Assembly: GCF_040938485.1 (NCBI RefSeq)
Contig: NW_027271540.1
Span: 682,001-746,000, forward strand
DNA: 64,000 bases
Origin: Diadema antillarum
Lineage: Eukaryota
Reading direction: 5' to 3'
The notes under the pieces are model-generated. The model ran no database searches, was not told the origin of the DNA, and saw only the letters and a program-made list of their open reading frames with translations. Of this stretch, positions 48,204 through 61,499 are shown one piece after another. A program made the position numbers and the translations under genes. The first letter of the stretch is position 1, and each line of letters begins with the position of its first letter.

Positions 48204-48630
48204 GGCTGCGTTCACATAGAAGTATTCGGGCTCGTTTTTCGAGGGCACGCGAATAGCTTGAATCGAACGATAGGATTTCCTCACACCGGTTCACATAGGA
48301 GGGCACTATTCGAAAGTACCGAATAGCTGCGAAAAGTATAGCAAAGTGGGAATCGAGCTTGTTCGATTTTCTTGCAGCGTATACCGTCTCTCGTTTATGA
48401 AATAATGACACTTTTGGTCTGGATTTGCCCTTTATCAAAAATAAGCATGTAGACTGACATTCTGATGCAGTTTAGAAATTGTTAATAAGATTTGCTGGGA
48501 TGTAGGAGGAAGAAATCCTCACTGCATGGGATGATGAGTTGACGGTGCGGGTGATGGTGTACTCGGTGCCCGAATAGCGAATAGCGAATAGCGAGTAGCG
48601 AATACCGAATACTTCTATGTGAATGCAGCC
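48204..48630. mobile_element. 427-bp MITE with 25-bp TIRs and TTAA flanks
   Basis: TTAA|GGCTGCGTTCACATAGAAGTATTCG ... CGAATACTTCTATGTGAATGCAGCC|TTAA; internal (GCGAATA)n. Confidence 0.8.
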
Positions 48631-50397
48631 TTAAGATGGCACTTGTATGAGAGAGTAACAACTCATGCACGTAAAATATCCCGCTTCATTCATTCATCAC
48701 AAAGAGCAGGGTGTTTAACCCGGTGAAGTGGTCCCACCTCACACCCAACTGGACCCCATGGAAAACCAGCTTAACGTAGCTGAATATTGGCTATCCAGCC
48801 ATCTTCTCAGATGGAAAATGAATCAAACAAACAAACAAACAAAACTTTAACAGTTTTCAGATCAATCCTCGTCAATATTGATAATAATGTTAAGGTCAGA
48901 TGAGGTGATGTCATAGCCTCTTTAAAAACACAAAATATTCTCTCTTGAAATGACAGCAAACTTATTGGAATATCACATCAAATTAAAGCAAAGCTCCAGT
49001 AAAGACAGTCAAACGTGGCTCTTGGAAGTTTTTATATACGCACCCTGATAACTTGTACTCTCGTGTCCATACCTTGTAGTAGCTTTCCTTCGCAAGATAC
49101 GGAGCTTGAATCCTGAAAGGAAAGTAATATGATTATGCGTGAAGTACACAATGTATATTATATAAAAAAAATACCCGAACACTTTCGACAAAAATTGTCA
49201 CAAAGCGTCTCTGAGAATTTGATTAGATCAGGGAAACTGGGTCTTCCGGCTACCTTTTATTACGTCTTCATGAAGGAGCAGTAGACCTACACACGCGTTG
49301 CTCACAATCTATGATTACCATAGACTGCCCCCATAGACCAGGGAGGTATTAAGCTCAACTGGTACCTATCTTCTTGGTGAGCTCTTTCACCCAAAGTGCC
49401 CCCATCCCGCGATGGCGAAGCACCGAGCACAGCCAATTTACTCAATGTTTTGTTTTGAAATGCCTTTATTGAATAGAATTTTGAATCTTTAGTTCTTATT
49501 TTTTCCTCTTTTGTTTCGGTTCGTCTGCAACGAGAGTCACGTGATAATTGTGACCTAAACTGGACGCTTAAAAAAAATCAGTCGGTACTCACCAAGAATG
49601 CAACAAAACTGCAGAGAACAGGATCGGCTCTCGTGCCCACGGAAAGACTCTGACAAACAGCTAAGAACATCTGTGTAAAACGTTACATCTAGATTTCCGT
49701 GGTTAAAAACTGTGAAACAAACCGCAATGCAGCCCTGACTGTGCCTTTGTCATTAAGCAATCACGCGTCACGGTATAACGTGACTTCACCTGCTACAGCA
49801 GCTCTATAGTCTTTAAATCAGGCTCAATTTCTGCAGCACATCTTCGTTTTACTTTGAAAATTTGACTAATAAAACATGAAAATCTACTAAGTCATTCTGA
49901 CAATGTGTGTTTATGTTGGTTGCTTGTTTGTGGGGGGGAGGGATGTTCAAGGTGTAGCCCCCTCTCATCGGAACGAAATCCTGAGATGAACCCTCTGAAA
50001 ATGTTTGATTGTTGGGAGGTTTGTTTGTTTGTTTGTTTTTTCGTTTGTTTATTTAATGCAAAAAAGGAGCTGCAGTTCGATGCCCAAATGTTTCCCTTGC
50101 AAATGTATTTCATGTCTTTGATGGAACTTTGTAAAACGTCGTTACTTTGTTTTCATCTATTAACGTAGCGAACCGTGGGAATTACTTGTTGACCGTCTTC
50201 GCCCTAACGGTAATGATCACACGTTGTATCACGTGTATAATCTATACTCTATAATACTGACGGCTTCACAGGACAACCACACAAGACTTGTCATTTTGCG
50301 CAAAACACGAGTCACACACACAAAAAATCCCAACCACCAGTCCTATCTAACAGTCTGACTGTCATTCAATAGTAAAGTCACTAAAACAATGAGCTTC

Positions 50398-50450
<53 letters not shown>

Positions 50451-52957
50451 ATAAATATTATTCATCATAACGTACACCATCACACACATAAACAGACGAC
50501 CACGTGCTCCTTTGATAAACCCCTCAATTACTTGTTTAGGAATGTATACTACTAAATTTTTACATGCATGGAGCTGTAAAATGCAATGTCTTGAAATGAT
50601 ATTAATCCACATGCAAATCTTTTAATGTCTCCTTTTACTCCCTGACATATCAAGTTTAATGCTAAGTCTTACCGCCGGTAACAACAAAAAAAGGTATATA
50701 ATATGGCGGAAAGTTACCTTTCTTCGTAGCCACAGCACTGCGTTGTCTAACCGTGTAATATCAGTAGATGCTTTTCATACTGGTGGCTCAAAGCATAGGG
50801 CCTACTGTACAATACTATGTTTGTAATGAAATATAATATCCTCCCACACATCCTTTCATCGAGACACGTTTCCACAAAAGGGCAAAATTAGTTCACAAGA
50901 ACTCAAGAATCTGGAAACGCCCTCTACAGGCGATTTTCTTTTTAATGTAAGTGCTGCCATACGGTTCTACTGCTGCCACTTTTAGCCACTTTTAAAGTCA
51001 GATTTCCAATTTTAACAACACATGATACAAATACATGTATTTGTATAATTTGTATTGGGAAATTGGAAATCTAACTTGAAAAGTGGCTAAAAGGGGGAGC
51101 AAATGTTGGTAAGAAGGTAAAGCTTATATCACAGGGTCAAATTGATTTTGATCTTTTTTTTTCGGAAATAAAAACAATCTGAAGATTGTGTTTGAATTTA
51201 ATTTGGGATTATTCTTTTCCGTCACCAAAATGGTGAAATGTCTATGCTCTCGTCGAAAAATGGAATAAAATTCTTATTGAATTGAATGAAAGTGAAAGGC
51301 AAAAATCAAATATCTTAAAAGTGTGCGATTGATTCGTTATGAAAATCTATGAAAACAAAGCTTAGATAAATTTTAAGCAAATCGATATCTTTATGCAACT
51401 CTAAAGGAATATTTGTGATGATCTCTACCTTACAAAAAATAATGTAAAATGTATACATTCTTCGAAATGCATTTACAAGTGGTGCATGTGCTTTTAGCGC
51501 TTTGGTTGTATATGGATATCAATAAGTGTAATACATGTTGGAGATGACCCGGCAACCGCATACTGGGTGGAGTTGTCTTCCGGTTGTCATTGTCCTAAAG
51601 GACATTCAGGTTTAAAAAGGTTGCAGCTGGGTAATTCACATTTTGACCCTTTTCGGGTTCGCCCTGGAACATATAGTGAGTCAGTTATTTAATCAACCGT
51701 GTGAACAAAGCTTCACCATAATGGAAAGAAAAGAAGTTACCTACTGGTGGTATGGGAAGAATGCTTGCATTGCTCCTATAAGAAATTCAAAAGTCTTAAT
51801 TATGTTCTGATAGGCTCATTTGTGCTGACTGCTGACATAAAAATTTTAATGAAAAAAAAACTGGCTGAGGTCGAGGATTGTAAGGAATGAGGCTTGGAAG
51901 GAGGCCAGCAAACACAAGAGACTGAAGGCAAAATAGATGAGAATCAAAAAGTATATCTTTATGTATTGCTCCGATTGGATCATTACAGGGATGAGCTGAT
52001 ATTACCATGGAAAAACTCGCCTCCCGTCTATCACCCTGCACAAAGAATCTTCACAATTTCAGTTGATAGTTGAATAATTCTTGCATCCTCTCGTCACACT
52101 GCATGCTGCCACATTATTTTTCTTGACTAATGTTTGATTTATTATGTGTAGGCTTACTCTCAAAAGACAATGTAGTTTGAAGGAACATATTGACAGTTTC
52201 AGGTTTTTGGAATCATAACAAAAAATGAATGTGTAGAAGATTTGAAACGTGCATATTGTAAGGTTGCATGAAATATGGAGATTGAGCGATGTCATCCGTG
52301 CCCTGTATCTGATTTGATATTCCACATCGCTCGCTTTATTTGAGGCAAGCAAGGTGAAAGCGTGAGAGTTGCAACTACAGACAACTGTAGGCAACTTGTT
52401 GAATAGAAATCAAGCAGAGTATTAAGTGGGAAGAAATCATATAATGCAATAATACACACCACATTCAAGTCGATAAGAAGAGTAAGATTAGGTGAACCGA
52501 TTTCAATATTCAAGAACAGAAAGACTAAGATGACACAATTATTCAAACTCGTCATTTCCTCACAAAACCTTGCACATTTCTCACGCAAGCACTCTGTATT
52601 GTTAAAGAAAGAATGAGCTTTTACAGTTTAACTATGGCGTGCTTCGTTTGAAAAACAAAATATTTCAGACTTGGCTTATCAGGGAAAACTGTTAATTGAT
52701 CGCCATGATGAAGTAACCTGTGAGATGATTCCGCCCCACGCTCTATTCAATGAGCTATTTAGACTTTTTGTGTTGTTCACTGTTGTTTGTGTCGGTAAGA
52801 TGTTAGATCGACATGGCCGGGGTATCAAACCTTGTCCATAGGCCTACACTCTTTGAGATTAGATATTTTTCAGAGAAATCTGACCAGAAAATGTTTCATG
52901 AGGAATAAAAGCAGTTGAATGATGAAGGAGTCACAAATCTAACGGTAGGATTTTATT

Positions 52958-53590
52958 GGAACCCTGTTTGATTTCTTCATAAGCCATATAGACCCTGCAT
53001 CATTTCTACTTTAAATACGTGTAATTACTCCTTAGACCAATATTTCTCCTTAAATCCTATACAATTCTTTTTAAACCATACACAATTCTCCTTAGACCGT
53101 ATATCTTCTCTCAGTAGAAACTGTATCATTCCATTTTAAACCCTGTATCAATTTTCTGGAACCCTGTATCATTTCTCAATAGGAACGGTATAATTTCTCC
53201 TTAAACTCTGCATCACCTTTCTTACACCTCTCTTCATTAATCTCATTAAACCCTGTATGATTTTCTATTTGAACTTGTGTAATTTCTCCGCGAATCCCAT
53301 AATCATTTCTCCTTAAAACCTGAATCACGTAAACCCTGTATCATTTCTCTGTACACCCTTATGTGTAATTTTTCTTTAGACTCTGTGTCACTTTCATTAA
53401 ACAATGTATTATTTCTCCCTTGTGTAAGTGTTGTGTCATGTCTACTTAAACCCGTATTAATTCTTCTTGAAACCAGCTTAATCTCTTTTTTAAACCCTCA
53501 ATAATATTTCCTTAAACGCTGTAAAAATTCTTGCTAAGTCTAGTGTAATTTCTTCTTAAAACCATGCATTACTTTTCCTTAAACATCGTA
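52958..53590. repeat. Degenerate ~21-bp minisatellite (AACCCTGTATCATTTCTCCTT-like)
   Basis: Recurrent CCCTGTATCATTTCT / TTTCTCCTTAAA motifs across ~630 bp. Confidence 0.6.
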
Positions 53591-55843
53591 TCCATACTCC
53601 AACTTTTTACTAGTTTCCTCCTTCTGCGTGGTCCATTACACTTCCACATATCAATCATACATTTTGATTCTACTCATTGCACTCTTATGCTTTGTAAATA
53701 AAGACCGTAGGTAATTGGTAATGATTTTATGTTTTTTTTCGATGAATTTTGACTGCTTAACAATAATTATGGTTATTCACTATTACTAACAATGACTAAA
53801 TTGCAACTAACCTCAAAGAAAATCGTTTATTTCTTATTTCGTCATTTCTTGCCTTTTCCTTTATGCTACTATTAGAGTTCTCAATGAATACCTTGATGTC
53901 GTAGATGAATATCAGTTTGTTATGAAAACATAATATTGTTATACTTGAGTAATAGTGTATCATTAAAAAAAGGACAATAAAAAGATATCAAGCATATTAG
54001 ATCACGCCACGCATTGCGAAAATATTTCTTTTAAATGTCATATGTTGTAATTATGCAAGGGAAACATAAAGATACCAGCAAGAATTTAATTGCTTTCCAT
54101 TATGTTTTTATGAATGCTCTGTGGCAAGGCATGGAAATGACACATGAACTAATACCGTAACTTCACTAAATAGAAAACATTGTCTTTTTTTTTCTTCACG
54201 CCTACAAAATGGCATCTCACGGTGAAGCACTCTAGTGAAATACAGACTCTTCCTGTCATATTCAAAGTACAATTTCTATCTTTAATGCTCAAACATATTG
54301 TTTATAATCATTAATTTTGAAAATGCAACGAATTACAACCTCGTCCTTGTATTTCAAACAACGTTAACAGTCGGCTTACTACAGGATTTCCCAGTCAGTC
54401 TTGCGTTATGCTTCAAACACTTTGAGCAATGGATTTCAATAAAAAAAACCCCGATCGCATAAAAAGGAGATTTATATTCCCTTTTGGTCCCTCAAACATA
54501 TCATGTCAAACTCAACAACTCACTGATTGAAATACAAAGTACGCCGATCAGTTTGAAACAGTGCGAAATGTTATTCGTTAATCGTAAATCAAATTTATCT
54601 AACCGTAACTTTGTTATCAATTGAATGCTTCGGTAAATCCTTCTATCCATAGAGACACTTACCTATCAAACTCCATGGTCTATAGAATCAACGCTAACAC
54701 TTACATCTGTTCTGTGTTGTATTTCACTTTATTTCAGTTCACTCTCATATAAAATTTATGTTGACAGACTACATTATTTCTCAGAACTGACTTAATTGAC
54801 AGCCAATACATGAACAATAGTTCCCCCATCCTCCAGTACGCTTCCATCACCAGTGAGGACGGATGTAAAATTATTATCGAGGCTTTCAAAGACAACTATG
54901 GACTATTAATACCTGCATCGCGAAATGGCTGACCAAGGATCTGTCGCCACATTCTTGCCAACAGAGTGAAGCGACAAATTACCTTGAAGTGGCAACGAGA
55001 ACAGAATGATTGACAATAACTTTCAAACAAGTCCCATGTGAGTATCAGTACCGTCAAGAGTTATTCTTTATATTAATACATTTGACTGCTAAAAAACCCC
55101 CACACATTTGCGTACACTACAATGAAATTGCTTATTGTTTGTGTAAATCTGAATGATATTTAGGCACGATACGCGTGCACATTCTATTTGATTAGCATTA
55201 CATAAAGTTTCTATGGTGGGAGTTAACGATTTACCGGGACATTCTACATGTTCTATGTGTTATAGTCACAAAGTTGCAGAAAATGAAAGGGAAGAAAATT
55301 TTAGATAGTTTTTGGTGTATTGTGGCAACACGACCTTACTCCTAGCGCAATTGCAAGATCGGAGAATGAACTAAGAATTAGGTCCTACACCCTATCAGAA
55401 AAAAAGTGTTTTCTTGTCGCTAAGTGCATACTTCTTTTCATATGATGGTTTCGTCATCAGAATCAATGAGAATTACCTCGTATTCCTTTTCAGCTTGGTC
55501 AGCACCAACAACTGGGTGGAAATTCGTGGGACCTCTTCTTTTGTTAAATCTGTATTTACATCTATGTATGGATGTATGCACGCATCTTTGTCCAATATGA
55601 ATGTCTAACAAATCTTCATCTTCCCCTGAACGTCATAAAACGGCGTATTAGTTTGAAATAGCAGGAAAATGCTGCAAAATTACAGGATTGGCCAAAAAAA
55701 AAGTCACGACGTATACACAAAATATAAGGTACAGAAACGATACCAGAATCTCTATGATAATCATTATTACACTACCACACTAGGGAAGGGTATAGCAACT
55801 AGCCTAAACAGTTCTACAATGGCAAGGGGCAACAAAACTATTA

Positions 55844-56150
55844 GGCCCGAATTCACGAAGGTGATACAATTTAAACATGATTTAAACCATGGACAATTTG
55901 TATCGAGCTCCAAGTGTTGCATGACCTATTTCGCTCCGAAATCAGTCATTTCGTCGATAAAATGATAATTTGTAACGAAATGACAACATTTCGTCGACGA
56001 ATGATTATTTCGTTGACGAAATGAACATTTCGTCAACGCAATGGTCAATTTGTCGACGAAATGACTATTAAATTTCGTAACGAAATAGGCCATGCGACAC
56101 TTGGCGCTCCATACAAATTGTCCATGGTTTAAACCATGGTTTCAATAATA
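55844..56150. mobile_element. PIF/Harbinger-like MITE
   Basis: TTA|GGCCCGAATTCACGAAG start; internal inverted AAACCATGGACAATTTGTAT / ATACAAATTGTCCATGGTTT; family shared with 17290..17450. Confidence 0.65.
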
Positions 56151-57239
56151 CCAACTCACCAACAAAGTGATAAGCAATTCATCACCCCATATCATGACAA
56201 TTATCTTTTATATCACAGTACTGATCAGCCATATTAGTAAATGATTCTTATTTGTAAATTACGACATTAAAATTTTCATTACACACCCTCGCAACTTCAA
56301 ATCCCATTTCAGTACCATAAGCATCACCAGTCAGTCCCTTTACAGATCTCACAGGCTCCAGACAAAACAGCATAATAACATAATTGTCATATAAATTCGA
56401 AGAGTTCCTACCATTTCCCTGTGATTCTTGTGATACCAGAAAAGAAACAAAACATAAAGATCATTGCATCATATCCACAAAAGCACCCATGACTAGAATC
56501 AAAATATCACCCGATAACTAGTATACATTAATGATGTTGTATGCTAAGATTCCCTTTCTGGATAAGAGTTTTCTTGCAGACGGAAGACTTGATATAGATA
56601 TTTATAATCCTAGAATACTGAGAATTTTTGAAGTCGCATATATAATAACTCAGCTTAAAAGGTAGTGCGATTTAAGATCAGAACATGGGATTACATTATT
56701 TGAGCGAGGATGGCACTGCAGCAAAACATTGCAACAAAACCCACGTAGCATTCATATCAAACAGATAAAATATAAAGTGAGATTAAAAAAATCAGCCAAC
56801 AATTTTTGAAATCTTTGATGGTTGTGAAATGTCAGTCGCATTCATCTAAGAAATGAAATGCAACAAGAAGAAAATTGATATGATAGATTAAAAATCATAA
56901 CGATTAAAAAATATAGTCCATACATACTTCGTACATATACATGTATTGCATATCTGTGCACATATGTGTGTACATTGTATGTGTATAATCTTATTCAATA
57001 TGTTATTTTAGATTGTGATTACATGTACTTCAAACGTCTAATTAACTCATCCAATTCCATGTCAATAAGGTCGAACATCACGGTGAAGACAAAAAGAAAC
57101 AGAATTGAACACAGGCTAATCGGGCCTTCGTATTGCATACAGTATCGTGAAGAGTACTCCCAGTAAATTATTATAATGTCAATTGTTATCATTATTTTAA
57201 TCATTCTCGTTTTGCGTGGCTGCAGCAAATCGATAGTGC

Positions 57240-60200
57240 TTAATTGGGTGCGTAGATGTCTTCCCTGTCTTGACCGGTGCTGCCGTAATTCTGGTCGGTT
57301 GATGACGGACTGTTTTGATGGATTAATTCCGTTTCCTCTGGCCGGTTGGTTCGCAGTCCTTCCTTACTGTGATTATACCCATATAGCGCGTAAATCACCA
57401 ATCCTGAGAAAAATAGACGGAAGGAAGCAAATGTGAACTTATAATTGTTCTTTAACTAACACACCTCAAAATACACTTCAATCTGAGACTGCTTGAAAGT
57501 CCTGGCATTTTTGTGTGGAATATTTCAGTAAAGCTTTTATGCACGCAAAGTCGCAAACACACCAGTACAGGGGAAATATTAATGCCAGAATGAAAAAAAA
57601 AAACCCTTTGTATCACCCATATAATCTATAAGGCAAATACTTTTGAATTATATAACAATGTTCATACTTTTAGCCATTCCTGCAGAGTAAGCAACCTTCG
57701 ACCATGAATGTTCAAATTCCTAATCATAAACGTAATAGTAACCTCAGTATTATGATAAAATGACATTACCTTAACTGCTACAACTGAGCGATGCCTGCTT
57801 TCTCTTAAATCCCACTGGCGATCATATTTCCGGTAACATTTTGTCATTCCGAAGATTCTCTTTTCTGAAGGTGCATAAATCCGAAAGTGAGAAAAAAAAA
57901 GGTTTTTCGCCAATATTCTGACAATCAGGGCTCCAAAAATAACAAAAGAGCACAGAGCAATACATGAACAATACTGTTTTTAACATAGATGTTTAAATTA
58001 CCTATGGTTATCCAAACGACAAAGCGAATCCACGTGATGTAGCTCAGCTTCAGAGCTAGAGTTCCATTCAAGAGCATGCTAACAATGGGTACAGCTGGCA
58101 CGAAGGGAACCTGGGAAGAAACGACATTAGCAACATGTGAGATTTTTTTTAAGGTAACCGATCAATAAATATAGCAATCAATTTGTCATCGATGTATTTT
58201 GTAGATTTAAATTCTTCCAGGTAGTACGATATTAACAAGTACTTGAATCTGTTTGCTCAGGCTTAGTTTTATTTGCGGAAATCACGAAGAGAACATTTTC
58301 CTGACTAATTCAAGTCATTTCTTCAGCTCTGACTGACTGGTGAGCATTCATCCATGATGGATGTACGCAAGATGCCCCTGTCATTGTTTAACCAGTCGCG
58401 AGGCCAAACACCTTCATTTCTACCAGCACCGCAGATCCGGATCAGCCATGTTCACTCTTCTTGATAACGAAGAAGTGGCCATCCTCTATAAGGACACCAG
58501 ATGGTTTGAAAAAAGAAGAAGTCCAAGAAGCAGTGCTGGGCCCTTTGTAAACGTCAAACCCCCTTCCCTCAACAGAGGAGGGGGATTGCGATGCAAGCTT
58601 TGACCAACATCACGAACATACAAATCAGTGATTCGGGAAAGTCCTCGACGTCTAAACAATAAAGGCAGTAACGTCTCCAATTCATCTGCCACTGTCACGG
58701 ATGCATGCTCGCCAGGGCCAGAGCTGAAGAGGTGACTCAGTCGAGTTTTCTCTGTATTTTTTTTTCTTGATAAGTCCATTCAAACATTAAGTTACAAGTT
58801 GTTATAGATCAATGTGCCTCCAAATTATAACAATGAAGTGACTTCAACGTCTTCAACCATTAAGAAACGCAAGTCAGATATTCAGAAAAACAAGCTCTTC
58901 AGTCATATCTTAATCATATTACTTGTAGAACAGTCTTGTCATTCTGCTTGATATCTTTTAATTGATTACCAACACAACTTGATGATAGACGTTGACGTAA
59001 AACATAAACCTCTCACAAGTTTCGATTCAACCTGAAATTAATCTTAGGTATCACAAGTCCGCTAAAGAAGAGAAAGGAACATTCCAATCAGATTTCTATC
59101 AAGGAGAGCTAGAGAGAGATAGGGCTATAGACAAAGATAATGATGTAGTTCAAGTGTACTTACCTTGAACTTATCTCCAGGATCATTCTGCCGGTGAAGC
59201 GGTATCAGCAAGAAGGACAATAAACTGACCACAGCACTCAGGACGATGTAACCTATAACCCAGGCGTTTTTAGCCCAGACGAGATGGATCCCATAGATGA
59301 TCGTGGCTAGCGAGCTGATCCCTGACACGACACAAACAAGCATGGCTATCTTCACCACCTGTCCCGGCCTAAACTGTTCGAGCCGCCAAAGAACTGGCCA
59401 CTCCCTATAGCGCGGGTCAAGACTACCTCCGATCGGAGTAGGAACCAGAGCATCGGAGTCGGCGTTAATAACAGGACCATCCTCGGTATCTCTGGAGAGT
59501 TCTGGTTTTACCTCCGAGTTTTCAGGCGAATGTTCCTCAGTGGAAAACTGGATGTTTATCCCATAGCCTTCAGGTCTGTACCGAATGATAATTATTGCTC
59601 CTGCTGCAATGCCGTATGCGCAAAGAACTCCGATAGATAGGAAATTGACGAGATCAGTGAGTGTTAGGAAAATGGCAAGGAGACACGTCAGAATACCGAA
59701 GACAATTCCAGCAATAATAGGGACCTGGGTCCGCTCGTCCACCCTGGCTAGAAATTTGAAGAGGAGACCGTCTTGAGCCATTGCATAGACGAGCCGAGGA
59801 AGGCAGAAGAGTGATGTGAGAAGGCAAGTGAAAGTGGAGCTAATGGCTCCCACTCCAACAACCCACTTTGCCCAGATCACTCCGTCTATACTGAACGCCT
59901 GAGCGAAGGCCGAAGCAGAATTTATGTCATAGTAAGGCACCATGAGCGTCAGTATAGCTGAAGGCAACATATAAAGGACTGTTACAATGACAATCGAAAG
60001 AATCATTGCAACTGGAATGCTACGGTTGGGATTCAACGCCTCTTCACTTGATATCGCTATGACATCAAATCCTACATAGGAATAAAAACAGGTGGCAGAG
60101 CCCGTTATCAAGCCATTAACACCAAACGGCAAAAACCCACCTTCTAAATTCCAATTTTCAAAATCGACATACTTCGCCCCAAGGCCGATGATTATCAAAA

Positions 60201-60840
60201 CTACGATAAGATTGAACGCAAGGACGATATTATTAGTAATCGACGATGTACCAACACCGAGGAGGACAAACAAAAGCACGCTAAAACAAAAGAGAGCGCC
60301 GAGGAAGTCAGGGTATTCTGCAAAAAATGGGACATTCCAGGGTTTCCCGCCTAAGATATATTCGATCGTAAAGTTCGAATAAAATCCATTGGTAAGGGCA
60401 TCAATGTATCCACTGAAAGATCGTCCAACTGATGCGGCCGATGCAACATACTCTAGTACAAGATTCCAGCCAATAAGAAATGCCCAAAGCTCGCCAATTG
60501 TGACGTAGGTAAACAAGTAGGCAGACCCTGTCCTTGGTAAACGACACGAGAATTCAGCATAACAGAGACCCGCAAGAATGGAGACTAAACCCGCAATGAG
60601 ATACGATAAGAAGACTGCGGGGCCTGAATAATTAGCCGCCACAACTCCAGTCAAAATATACAGTCCAGCACCGAACATGGATCCAATTCCTAGGAGGGTG
60701 AGGTCGAAAGTGCTAAGGTAGCGACGTAATTGCGTTCTGTAGCTGGTTTCATCTGTGTCGTATTGCTTTCTTCGATTGATCGCAAACCAGTGGTGAAGGC
60801 ACCCTGTGGGGGCGGGCTCCTCGTCAGCAGTCTGTGACAT
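57240..60840 (-). CDS. Cationic amino acid transporter (CAT/SLC7 family), paralog C, ~649 aa: complement(join(60840..59164,58110..58002,57403..57240))
   Basis: [45 protein letters not shown]. Donor GTAAGT at 59163. Exon 2 encodes VPFVPAVPIVSML...TWIRFVVWITIG (109 nt). Exon 3 encodes LVIYALYGYNHS...NYGSTG...APN*. The ORF-track start at 60858 is TTG; the first ATG is at 60840. Confidence 0.93.
58288..58745 (+). mobile_element. Second Penelope-like fragment (GIY-YIG C-terminus) in intron 1 of paralog C, with inverted pLTR pieces
   Basis: ILYKDTRWFE...KPPSLNRGGGLR is typical of PLE endonuclease tails; CAGAGCTGAAGA occurs on + at ~58720 and on - at ~58330. Confidence 0.65.
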
Positions 60841-61499
60841 TTTCTTCCGTCTTTCCAAGCTGATCTAGTCGTAATGCAACTTCTTTGGCGGGAGAAAAGA
60901 GATGGGCGTGACGTGTCTTTTCTCACATACCTGTTCAGCAAAGAGAGAAAACAGAGACAACAGAGCGATGCATTATTTTATCCGTTTTAGAGAAGTAAAT
61001 CGAACAAGTGTGATCATCAGAATCAACACCAGTACAAGCTATTCTGACTTCTTTTGGCAAAAGAATGCAATACATACATCATGTATAGTTCGGTCTTCTT
61101 TAGACTGAACGTGGCACGTCTTCGTGAATGCTATGATCCATAAACACAATTTTCCTGAATGATGTCAAGGTCAAGGACGTTTCATTTCATTCAGAATATA
61201 ATAACCCATTTATCATATCATGTGGTTTTCTTTTCTTTTCTTTTTGCAGAATAAGATTTTTTTTTCGATTAAGTCTACTTTGAAAGCCAATTTGAACTTG
61301 GTGTAGAGATGAACTTTCAGATAACATTTTGACCGGAGCTCAAAGCGTCTTTTAACGGACAACACTATTTCTTTTCTCTGTCATGGTCGCTCATGGATGT
61401 CACTGTCCGTTGCTGATCTCTGATACAGGAATCCTTCTCAAGTCCTCTCTGTCGTCGCACAGGAGCAGCTTTGCCATGAGGATTCTCTTTCGCCAATCA

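Noticed and set aside
51796-52041. Possible stand-alone coding exon on the minus strand
   Set aside because: An acceptor-like site is present, but there is no recognisable motif or partner exon, and all three transporter models are complete without it.
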